Of a stretch of 64,000 bases of DNA, positions 32,263 to 40,410 are shown piece by piece (within the stretch, counting starts at the first letter, position 1; each line of letters opens with the position of its first letter). Position numbers and translations under genes: made by a program. Source of the stretch: an uncultured virus (IMG/VR IMGVR_UViG_3300021256_000067) (Duplodnaviria; Heunggongvirae; Uroviricota; Caudoviricetes); the IMG/VR virus record IMGVR_UViG_3300021256_000067. The stretch is one strand, 5' to 3'. The notes beneath the pieces were generated by a model, which was not told the DNA's origin, did not search any database, and saw only the letters and a list, made by a program, of their open reading frames with translations.

Positions 32263-32670
32263 TTAATCTTTTTTCTTATTATTAACGGAGTCTGTTTGTT
32301 GTGGTTCATATCCTGTGTCATTACCATAGAAATATCTGTTATGCAACTTTTGCCACATCTTCATGCAGTCATGAATCCCTTTCACATCCTCTCCTTTTGT
32401 GAACATGTTATCACTTAAAGTATTCAGATATGCATGAATGCCAAGACTCAAGGAGAGTTCTTTGTTACGTTCTTTATGTCTATTAATCATCTCACGCATA
32501 TTCTCTTTACAGATCTCGTCAACTTTTTTCTGATATTCAGCTGTAGGAACCTTTCCTCCATATCCCAGTGCTGTCTTTTGAATATGAATTACAACATCTA
32601 CAAGTGTATTCAACTTATCATTATTTAGTGCTTTTGCTTCTTCAATTAAACTTCTCAATTCGTTGTCCAT
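32263..32670 (-). CDS. hypothetical protein, first gene of the minus-strand block
   Basis: 135-aa ORF just downstream of a TATATTTG promoter. Confidence 0.7.
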   Translation of the reverse strand: MDNELRSLIEEAKALNNDKLNTLVDVVIHIQKTALGYGGKVPTAEYQKKVDEICKENMREMINRHKERNKELSLSLGIHAYLNTLSDNMFTKGEDVKGIHDCMKMWQKLHNRYFYGNDTGYEPQQTDSVNNKKKD

Positions 32671-32710
32671 AATTCTTATATTTATTTTTTTATATTTTTA
32701 AAATTTTATA

Positions 32711-32750
32711 TTGCAAATATATATCAAATGATTAAATTAAAAAAATATTT
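32711..32750 (-). promoter_or_regulatory. Bacteroidota -7 promoter (TATATTTG)
   Basis: Reverse complement of 32714-32721 in the divergent intergenic gap. Confidence 0.75.
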
Positions 32751-32861
32751 CAGATACTTTTAAATATGTTTAATATTCATTAACAAGTAAATATAAAAAT
32801 TATATCATATATTAAAGATAGAATTTAAATAAAGTTCTAATATGTAAATTAGAATAATGTT

Positions 32862-33401
32862 ATGAAATATTTGAATGAAATATTAATTAACTGGAATAGT
32901 ACCAAATATACAGAGAAAGGAATTTTAAATCAGAATGATATTAAAAAATCATTTGAAAAAATAGATTTAAACAATTATAAAAAATCTATGCATGCGTGGC
33001 TTGACAGTTATAAAAAACCTTTATATCTTCTAGACTATATAAATGATATTCTTAATTTATATTTTTATAATAAAAAAATTAATTTTGAGGAATTTGTTAA
33101 ATATTGTATCGATTTATGGGAAGTATCTAAAATAAAGGCCGGAAATGACTGGATTCATAAGAGTAAAGAAATGTCTGAAATGTTGTTCCATGTAATTGTA
33201 GAAAACTTTAGAAATTTTGGAGAACTCGGAAAAAAATTATTTAAAGTTCCAAGGCGCTCCGAGGTAAGAGAAATATGTGATATCAGCAAAATAACCACCC
33301 TAAGTGATATAACATTCTGGAATTTTACAATATTCGGAGAAGAAGGTATTATATACTGGCTAGTTAAAATCAATACTCCACTTAATTCAACTTTAGAATA
33401 A
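32862..33401 (+). CDS. LNE-leader protein; stand-alone homologue of the last module of the 1429-aa protein
   Basis: MKYLNEILINW; IKKSFEKIDLNNYKKS...YINDILNLYF...TFWNFTIFGEEG aligns by eye with 44227-44700. Confidence 0.85.
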   Translation: MKYLNEILINWNSTKYTEKGILNQNDIKKSFEKIDLNNYKKSMHAWLDSYKKPLYLLDYINDILNLYFYNKKINFEEFVKYCIDLWEVSKIKAGNDWIHKSKEMSEMLFHVIVENFRNFGELGKKLFKVPRRSEVREICDISKITTLSDITFWNFTIFGEEGIIYWLVKINTPLNSTLE

Positions 33402-33405
33402 AAAC

Positions 33406-34002
33406 ATGAAATACTTAAATGAAATATTAATTAATTGGAATCAGCAAGAAGACAATTCAGAAGGAATTATCGATGTTAAAAATGTATCAGATGAAATAAT
33501 AAAAATGGATTTTGATGAATGGATTGCCAAATATACATGGTACCCAGAAAAAATGTCAATCAGAATCTCTGAAAAGCAGTTGATGAAAAATTTTAAATTA
33601 ATATATGAAGTCCTAGAGCCCTATACAGAAGTATTTTTATGGGTATTAGCAGAAGTTATAAACAATATGGCTGATGCAAAATATTGTAAAACCATGCATT
33701 GGAGAGCGCGAATAAACTGTTCTGTTTGGTTATTATTGTTTAATAAATTCCCGACCAGGTTTAATACGAATAAAAGTGAGTGGATTTTAGCAAGCTTTTA
33801 TTCGACATTAAAATCATTACCGTCAAAGACATCAAATATTCTACATATCATCCAGAAAAAGGCCGAAGAAAAATCAGATGACATTGTAATTTCCCCTGAC
33901 AGAAATCTTGTAAGATCTGAATATATTAAACTTGAAAATTGGAATATTGCTACATTTGTATATTTTAAAATTATTAATCCTGTAAAAACATTTATAGACT
34001 AA
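33406..34002 (+). CDS. LNE-leader protein
   Basis: MKYLNEILINWNQQEDNSEGII. Confidence 0.85.
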   Translation: MKYLNEILINWNQQEDNSEGIIDVKNVSDEIIKMDFDEWIAKYTWYPEKMSIRISEKQLMKNFKLIYEVLEPYTEVFLWVLAEVINNMADAKYCKTMHWRARINCSVWLLLFNKFPTRFNTNKSEWILASFYSTLKSLPSKTSNILHIIQKKAEEKSDDIVISPDRNLVRSEYIKLENWNIATFVYFKIINPVKTFID

Positions 34003-34004
34003 TC

Positions 34005-34487
34005 TCAATTAATTTTAACGGAGTTTATAACCCATACAGGAGGAGAATCATAATATCCCGCGCCCCTGCTTCCTACATGTAAAGGCCAATAATCTTGCAT
34101 ATTTCCACCAGGTCCCTCAGGCCACCGGTTTATTTCATCCCATGGCCTTAATGGATTTGTAGCTATATCCCAGCAAGGATCTCCATTTACTATATAAACC
34201 CATACGACATTTTGCACATAATCTAAAATATATTCTATCCCTTTTTTAACAGATTCAGTCTGTGCAATTTGTAAAGCCTTTTTATAAGTTTTATACAATG
34301 GAGGGAGATTTATACTGAAACCTCCACAGCCTTCTTTGGCAATTCCAGGTACATTATATCCATATACCTCGGCATTCGGCTGAACCTCATATTCAGCAGA
34401 CATATATAAAGTATCGCCTCCCATTTCATTGGCGATATTTTTCCAGTTTAGTAAAACCTCATTTAATATATTAATTTTCTTATTCAT
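34005..34487 (-). CDS. LNE-leader protein
   Basis: MNKKINILNEVLLNW; TATAAATA immediately upstream. Confidence 0.8.
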   Translation of the reverse strand: MNKKINILNEVLLNWKNIANEMGGDTLYMSAEYEVQPNAEVYGYNVPGIAKEGCGGFSINLPPLYKTYKKALQIAQTESVKKGIEYILDYVQNVVWVYIVNGDPCWDIATNPLRPWDEINRWPEGPGGNMQDYWPLHVGSRGAGYYDSPPVWVINSVKIN

Positions 34488-34502
34488 ATATTATATTTAT
34501 AA

Positions 34503-34535
34503 AAAATAACAGGAATAAATTGTTCCTGTTATTAA
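34503..34535 (-). terminator. terminator after tmRNA
   Basis: AATAACAGGAA...TTCCTGTTATT hairpin with T-run on the minus strand. Confidence 0.7.
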
Positions 34536-34542
34536 TTTTTTG

Positions 34543-34908
34543 TGGACCTTATGGGATTCGAACCCATGTCCAAACACCTCAATCATATCCGCTTTCTACA
34601 TGCTTATCCTGTTTAAAAAATTTCGATGAAGATCAGAAAACAGACAAACCTTTTTCTTATCTATCCTTTGTAAAATTCATTACACTACTAAGGAACCTCG
34701 TATAATATATCACTGTATCGATGCATCGTTGTTCTCCGGCCCAGTGAATAAACCTTCAAACCGATGTCCTGTAGCTTATTAGGCTGCAAGAGCGTAAGTA
34801 GTTTCGCCATTTAAAAAGTTGTGACCTGAAGTTTAAAGAGTGATTACCTGCCGTTCCTCTGCATGCTTACGGATTTACCGATAATGCTGTCAAAACCAAG
34901 TAAGGCCC
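34543..34908 (-). ncRNA. ssrA: tmRNA, tag (A)GETTYALAA**
   Basis: 5' GGGCCTT pairs with 3' AAGGTCC-A with G3.U70; T-arm ATGGG-TTCGAAT-CCCAT; internal GGC GAA ACT ACT TAC GCT CTT GCA GCC TAA TAA (34808-34776). Confidence 0.95.
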
Positions 34909-34914
34909 GTTATC

Positions 34915-35547
34915 TTAAATAAGATATCTATATATATCCCAAGATTCTTCAAACGGCTTTAAAAACATTATAATATCTAATATACTGCCGTCCGGATCTG
35001 GTTCTTCCTCATACCATTCATTTACAGGATCTAAAAGATCCTCCGGGGAAATTTCATCTATATTTATATATTTAAGAATATTTTTTAATATAGTCTGATC
35101 ATGTGCTGTTAATAATCGCTTATAAAGTTTTTCATATTCTGTCCGTATTCTTACGCTTGCATTCATATTAAAATTTTTTGGAGGATATCCAAATAATAAA
35201 GTATGGAAAACCCAATTCATCATTGCGCGGTCGCCAGAGGCGTCTGTTTGAAGAATATGCTCTAGCATTTTTATGCTTATCTTGAAAAATTGATCTGAAT
35301 ACGGATCAATGATCTCATAAAATTTCCTGAATACCCCACGCCTGTCTAAAAAATCCCTTTTCCTTAAAAAAATATCATTGGTTATATAATTAAAATTATT
35401 TTGTGGCATAGCGTCTAAAATATATTTTTTTTGCCATTCTTTCCACGATATTCCCATATTTTTAGAAATTTCATCCTGAGATAAAATACCAATGTCTTTA
35501 GTCTCAGATTTACCCCATTCAATCAATATTTCATTTAAAAATTTCAT
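34915..35547 (-). CDS. LNE-leader protein
   Basis: MKFLNEILIEWGKSETKDIGILSQDEI; body similar to 35550 and 33406 ORFs (W..KY...PY...LLF..PKNF). Confidence 0.85.
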   Translation of the reverse strand: MKFLNEILIEWGKSETKDIGILSQDEISKNMGISWKEWQKKYILDAMPQNNFNYITNDIFLRKRDFLDRRGVFRKFYEIIDPYSDQFFKISIKMLEHILQTDASGDRAMMNWVFHTLLFGYPPKNFNMNASVRIRTEYEKLYKRLLTAHDQTILKNILKYINIDEISPEDLLDPVNEWYEEEPDPDGSILDIIMFLKPFEESWDIYRYLI

Positions 35548-35549
35548 TA

Positions 35550-36230
35550 TTAAAAAAATATACGTTCTATATTGTATTTTCCGAATTTTTTTATAAACGG
35601 CATTATATCATCTAAAACATTAAATGATTCCTTTTCATCAATAAACCAATCATAATATAACTGGCCTCTATAGGTATAACTCCCTTCATCATTTGATATA
35701 TGTATTTTCTCTAAAATATTTCTTTCTTTTTCTGTTAAAATCGTTAAATAATTATTTCTCCATAAAGAAGACATCCATTTTTCTGTATCTTTAACAAAAT
35801 TTTTTGGTGATCTGCCGAATAATAAATTCGCCGCTGCGAAACTTAATGTGCCTCCATACCATTGGGCCATCGGATTATCCCATGAAGTTCCCTCGTCTAT
35901 AAACATTTTATCTATCATTTTTATAGAAATATCTATAAACTCCTTTGTATAAGGTTCCAGTAAATCGTATAAAATATTGAATATTCCCATAGATTCCTCT
36001 TGGTAGAATCTCCTTTTAAAAACTTCTGGGAAATCGCCGTGTTTAAAAGTCCATTCTTCGGGAATATCTTCTGTAAGATATGTGGCCTTCCAATCTTCAT
36101 AAGATAAACGAGATAATCTGGCATTTATATCTTTTTGAGATATAAGACCATTATCTTCTTCTGGCTGATTTTGCCATTCAATCAAGACTTCATTCAATAT
36201 TTTATTCAGAACTCCACTCATCTTCATCAT
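35550..36230 (-). CDS. LNE-leader protein
   Basis: LNKILNEVLIEWQNQPEEDNGLISQKDI; exact start uncertain. Confidence 0.8.
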   Translation of the reverse strand: MMKMSGVLNKILNEVLIEWQNQPEEDNGLISQKDINARLSRLSYEDWKATYLTEDIPEEWTFKHGDFPEVFKRRFYQEESMGIFNILYDLLEPYTKEFIDISIKMIDKMFIDEGTSWDNPMAQWYGGTLSFAAANLLFGRSPKNFVKDTEKWMSSLWRNNYLTILTEKERNILEKIHISNDEGSYTYRGQLYYDWFIDEKESFNVLDDIMPFIKKFGKYNIERIFF

Positions 36231-36582
36231 CTATTGGTTCAGAACTAGACCAATCAATAATTTCATCTTCTTCATCTTCTAGAGGTTCAGAACTATACTC
36301 AGAGTCTTCATCGTCTTCTGATGATTCAGAATCAGACCAATCAATAATTTCATCATCTATCGGTTCAGAGCTAGATCCATTCCAGAATGTTCCTTTTAAT
36401 TTATCAGATATTTCATCTGTTGATAATATACCTTCATCTTCAGGCACATCATTATCCCAATTCACCAAAACCTCATTCAATCTGGATTTTGATTTCATTA
36501 TCTTACGGACTTTCTGTATAGCCAATGATTCAGCTATATATTTCAGTTCAGTCCGCGTCAGTGTTATTTTTTCTTGATTCAT
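36202..36582 (-). CDS. LNE-leader protein with very acidic repeat tail
   Basis: KITLTRTELKYIAES...RLNEVLVNW...EGIL; tail of SSEP[IL][DE]DE..IIDWS repeats. Confidence 0.75.
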   Translation of the reverse strand: MNQEKITLTRTELKYIAESLAIQKVRKIMKSKSRLNEVLVNWDNDVPEDEGILSTDEISDKLKGTFWNGSSSEPIDDEIIDWSDSESSEDDEDSEYSSEPLEDEEDEIIDWSSSEPIDDEDEWSSE

Positions 36583-37033
36583 AATCTTTAATTATATTTT
36601 CTAATGCTTCAAGATCTTTTAAATGCTTGTCTCGTTTATATTTATTTAGTTTCTGGTTCTCGGAGAACTTCCTCTTCATTTTAATATAATCATTAATTGT
36701 TATACATTTAATATCTTTATCCATTAATTTGATTATATCATAGTCGAAATTTCCATGATTTAAATCCAATGCGTCTATTTTTAATCCCGTTTTCTTATAA
36801 GCGCACATTGAAACTATATTTTTATAATCTTCATGGCTTTTTTCTGAATGGTTCTCATTCAGTATGACTATATCCAGATCATGCGGGATTTTATAATTTA
36901 TACCTCTTAAATATAAAGAAGAAGATCCCACTATACAGAAATCATAATCCGGGAAATTCTTCTCTAAAATTAAAATCGTTTTATAAATCTTTTCTTTAAT
37001 CTTCATCATCCCAATCATCATAATCTTCGACAA
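36548..37033 (-). CDS. minimal Pol-beta-type nucleotidyltransferase
   Basis: IVGSSSLYLRG...PHDLDI...KIDAL...KHLKDL; true start probably internal. Confidence 0.7.
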   Translation of the reverse strand: MSKIMMIGMMKIKEKIYKTILILEKNFPDYDFCIVGSSSLYLRGINYKIPHDLDIVILNENHSEKSHEDYKNIVSMCAYKKTGLKIDALDLNHGNFDYDIIKLMDKDIKCITINDYIKMKRKFSENQKLNKYKRDKHLKDLEALENIIKDYESRKNNTDAD

Positions 37034-37220
37034 TTTCTATCTTGTCGCATGTCAAGTCAATAGCCAGACCTCCCCATGTTCCATGAAGCTGTCCAATATC
37101 ATCTATATAATCTACTACACCGTATTTGTATACATATTCAGGTTCACCTACCATATCGAGAATCCTGATAGTTTTACCCATATACTTTTTCTCTAATTGA
37201 TATTTCTTATAATTGTCCAT
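36996..37220 (-). CDS. DUF4314-like small protein
   Basis: G.TIRI..M...GVVDYIDDIGQLHGTWGGLA. Confidence 0.7.
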   Translation of the reverse strand: MDNYKKYQLEKKYMGKTIRILDMVGEPEYVYKYGVVDYIDDIGQLHGTWGGLAIDLTCDKIEIVEDYDDWDDED

Positions 37221-37225
37221 AATCT

Positions 37226-37855
37226 TTATTCATATAAATGTGCTTGCGGGTGATCTTTCAATTCTATATCCAAACAATTTTCTTGTACCATATGCCATAC
37301 AAGGCCATACACCCCAAAAAGCCATTCTTTCGCTTTCCAAAAAAGTTCTTCGTCATCCAGTTCAGAAGGCATATTTGGTGGTATCTGGGGCATCGGAGAA
37401 TTAAAATACGCGTAAATTTCCCCGTAATGCTTTTCTACATCATTCATAGCATCAGTAATATATATATTCCACCCGTTTTTATCTAAAGTACGATAATCTT
37501 CTTCACATATATAATCCCAATTCATTTGTATACACTTTTTAATGTATTCCAAAAATTTCTTTTTAGACGGGAATATTTGATTTAAATGAAAATTCGCGAT
37601 TGAGATATAATCCGTATCCATAAATTCTGGATATTCATAAAGCGACTCATCTATTATATCTTCATCTGCTATATCTCTAATATCTATCCCGCCTAATTGT
37701 TTAGCGACATCTCCCGATTTCACTATATTATTAGAATCATCCGGTAATTCATTGTTTTCTCCATCACCCCATTGGAGCAAAACTTCATTAAGACGTTTTT
37801 TAATAACTTTAGAAACCTCTTTCATTATATTTTCATATAAAGATCTCTTATACAT
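37226..37855 (-). CDS. LNE-leader protein (extended leader)
   Basis: MYKRSLYENIMKEVSKVIKKRLNEVLLQW; C-terminal LFGVYGLVW weakly like the 32862 ORF. Confidence 0.85.
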   Translation of the reverse strand: MYKRSLYENIMKEVSKVIKKRLNEVLLQWGDGENNELPDDSNNIVKSGDVAKQLGGIDIRDIADEDIIDESLYEYPEFMDTDYISIANFHLNQIFPSKKKFLEYIKKCIQMNWDYICEEDYRTLDKNGWNIYITDAMNDVEKHYGEIYAYFNSPMPQIPPNMPSELDDEELFWKAKEWLFGVYGLVWHMVQENCLDIELKDHPQAHLYE

Positions 37856-37883
37856 TTAATTAAAAATAAATTTTTAATATTTA

Positions 37884-38339
37884 TTAAAATAGTTCTGTTT
37901 CCTTATATTCAAGAATAGGCTTCCAGTTTTCATAATCCCATTTAAATGTATCTGTACAGACTATGTTATGATTAAGAATTTTCATAATTTCTATGTCATT
38001 AATATCAAGATTATGAGATGATGTGAATTTAAGTATTTCAAACAGAATATTCTTTTTACACTCATCTACATTATCTTCCATTAATTCTGTGCCGTACATT
38101 GTAGAAACTGCATTTAGAATATCATCTGTAGTTTTGCAATGCTCTAATCTTCTTTTCAGAATCTCAAGATAGATAAATCCTATTCCGATACACGGATCAC
38201 AGAATGTTTTTGAAAAATCTGTAAAAAGATCCTCTTGTTCTTGTAAAAGAATATCGACTATTTCAGAAGGAGTAAAATCTTCCTGTGTGATGCTGTGGCG
38301 TTCTTTTCTTATATCTGTTTTCCAGTCTTGATTATTCAT
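37884..38339 (-). CDS. SAM-binding half of an N6-adenine DNA methyltransferase (motifs X, I, II, III)
   Basis: EDFTPSEIV, FCDPCIGIG, YGTEL, NIVCTDT; no NPPY. Confidence 0.75.
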   Translation of the reverse strand: MNNQDWKTDIRKERHSITQEDFTPSEIVDILLQEQEDLFTDFSKTFCDPCIGIGFIYLEILKRRLEHCKTTDDILNAVSTMYGTELMEDNVDECKKNILFEILKFTSSHNLDINDIEIMKILNHNIVCTDTFKWDYENWKPILEYKETELF

Positions 38340-40159
38340 AGCAAATCAATAAATTTTTGAACTTCTTCATTAGAAACTGAATCTTTGCCGCACATGTATC
38401 TCTTGAACCATGGAGAATTTCTTTCATATTTCTTTAATATCTTATCGATAAACTTCTGCTCTTCCTCTGTGATACCGAGCAATTGATAAATTTCTTCATC
38501 AATATACTGTTTATCCGTTAACCAGCACAATACGTCTTTGCACGTATTGTGCTGGTCGATGACCAGAACAATGCTTGTAAAAAGAGGTATTTTGTTGTTA
38601 AAGATAAAATGCTTCCAGTTTTCTAATTCCTGCTTAGTGCCAAATAATTGATCTGCAATTTTATTAGTTTCTTTATTAGAACCAGTACTCATTGCATTAT
38701 GTAAAATATTTTGTATATCATTATTATTATGATGATAATATACAACATTATAAGGACGTAAATATTCTCCTAAATTATTTTTTATCCATGCACTTTCATA
38801 ATTAAATCCGCCGCCCATAATTTTAGTAGATTTTGCGCTGGCACAAAATATAGCTCCACCACCAATAATATCGGCATACTTGCAGAACCATGTATCATTA
38901 TCAACCTTGGTCTTTCCTTCTTTATAGATATGGTTCTTCATTGTATCCCCGTATGCTTTAATCTTATTCAGAATACTCCAAATCATATCATAATCTCCGA
39001 TCATATTACAATCATACAGATTATTCACCTCTCTATGTTCGCCACAGCACCAGAAATCAATCTTATCATATTCCTTATCCATATCGATATAAGTCACTGC
39101 AAATGGAACATACATGGCTGTATCAAATTCCTTATTATAATTTTCAACCACAACCTTATAGACATGCTTACCCAACTTCTTCTTAATTTCATCATATAGT
39201 TTAGCTTTGCCATTTTTACGAATATTGATAAGCCATGTAGCCGGTTCAATGATAGTCATTTTACCAGTTGGCTTAAGCATATCTAAACCTTTCTTAAGAA
39301 AATCAAGATGAAAACTTCCTGAATATGGAGGATTCTGAATTATATAATCAAATTTAGGCATGGTATGTATATTATTAATTGTGTAAATATTTACTTCTGT
39401 ATCTTCTATTTTCTCAAAAGGATTAATAAAAAATACCGAAATATCTTTACATCCTTTCTTTATTAAAAGCGATTTAAATCCTTCAATCTCTTCTTTATTT
39501 TTTGCAATAATACAGCAAGAGAGATTTTTATAATTTATATTCTGTAACCAACTTTCATCAATAAAGTGACATTCAAAATCAGATAATTTTATCTCATTAA
39601 TAGTTTTAATGATATCTTCATCAAGATTATTTAATTTGGCTAATAATGGATTATCTTTGGGATTCTTCTGAATATATGTCTTTAAATCAATTGATTTTTC
39701 TCCATCTAATGCACATTCTTTAATATAATCTTCATATTCTTCTAATAATCTATGAAGCTGGGACATATGCGATTTTTTTAATCCATATACCCATTCATTT
39801 CCTGATGATATAATCCAAGGATCCTCTTTTTTCTTGCTATCCTTACTTTTGGATATCTCATTGCACGCGATAACCTTATCTAATAAATCTCTTAAAAGAT
39901 CATCAGCTTTTTTCATATTATCGCCAAAAGCAACTTTCCGAATATCAAAACAATATTCTTTAAGAATTTTATAGGATTTACTGAATGCCGTGGACATTCC
40001 CTTAATCCTGGTTTGAATTCTCTTGTCCCTGTTTTTACTGTTACGGTTATAAGAAGTCTGCCCTATCTTTGCGTCAGATACAGCTTTACCGTTATTCCAA
40101 TTATCTAATTCATCATAAGGGATAATCAGATATGTACAAATGTCATTGTTTGTTGCCAT
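38336..40159 (-). CDS. GIY-YIG/T5orf172-like domain fused to the catalytic/TRD half of an adenine methyltransferase (Eco57I-like)
   Basis: N-terminal YLI...KIGQTS...R; FDYIIQNPPY...HLDFL..GL..LK..G.MTII.PATWL; C-terminal YQLLGITEEEQKFI. Confidence 0.7.
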   Translation of the reverse strand: MATNNDICTYLIIPYDELDNWNNGKAVSDAKIGQTSYNRNSKNRDKRIQTRIKGMSTAFSKSYKILKEYCFDIRKVAFGDNMKKADDLLRDLLDKVIACNEISKSKDSKKKEDPWIISSGNEWVYGLKKSHMSQLHRLLEEYEDYIKECALDGEKSIDLKTYIQKNPKDNPLLAKLNNLDEDIIKTINEIKLSDFECHFIDESWLQNINYKNLSCCIIAKNKEEIEGFKSLLIKKGCKDISVFFINPFEKIEDTEVNIYTINNIHTMPKFDYIIQNPPYSGSFHLDFLKKGLDMLKPTGKMTIIEPATWLINIRKNGKAKLYDEIKKKLGKHVYKVVVENYNKEFDTAMYVPFAVTYIDMDKEYDKIDFWCCGEHREVNNLYDCNMIGDYDMIWSILNKIKAYGDTMKNHIYKEGKTKVDNDTWFCKYADIIGGGAIFCASAKSTKIMGGGFNYESAWIKNNLGEYLRPYNVVYYHHNNNDIQNILHNAMSTGSNKETNKIADQLFGTKQELENWKHFIFNNKIPLFTSIVLVIDQHNTCKDVLCWLTDKQYIDEEIYQLLGITEEEQKFIDKILKKYERNSPWFKRYMCGKDSVSNEEVQKFIDLL

Positions 40160-40188
40160 AATTTTGTTTGTTTTATGATTTTAATTTT

Positions 40189-40225
40189 TACAAAAATATA
40201 ATAAATCTTTGAAATAAAAAAATAA
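40189..40225 (-). promoter_or_regulatory. Bacteroidota -7 promoter (TATTTTTG)
   Basis: Reverse complement of 40191-40198, ~30 nt before the methyltransferase ATG. Confidence 0.6.
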
Positions 40226-40410
40226 TTGCCAAATATTTAAAATTATTTAGCAATTATTACTAATTTATATTAATTGTTATTTTTGTAATCTCTAGAAAAT
40301 TATAAGGTTATGTTTAACTGAATATCTATTTTATTAATTCCAGATCCTATAATTTATTAAAAAATTATATATCTTATAGTTTCATTTAACAATAAATATC
40401 TTATATAATT

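Larger units (their letters stand above)
2823..32670 (-). other. 30-kb co-oriented block of small accessory (early/middle-type) genes
   Basis: Dozens of abutting minus-strand ORFs, many with ATGA/TAATG-type overlaps; internal promoter-like motifs. Confidence 0.85.

Noticed and set aside
6280..32628. Plus-strand ORFs inside the minus-strand accessory block
   Set aside because: Antisense shadows of well-supported minus-strand genes
34520..34705. 61-aa plus-strand ORF
   Set aside because: Antisense to the tmRNA 3' half
36548..37033. CCA-adding enzyme
   Set aside because: Too short and lacks the class II RRD/DPLR motifs; only a minimal nucleotidyltransferase core is evident
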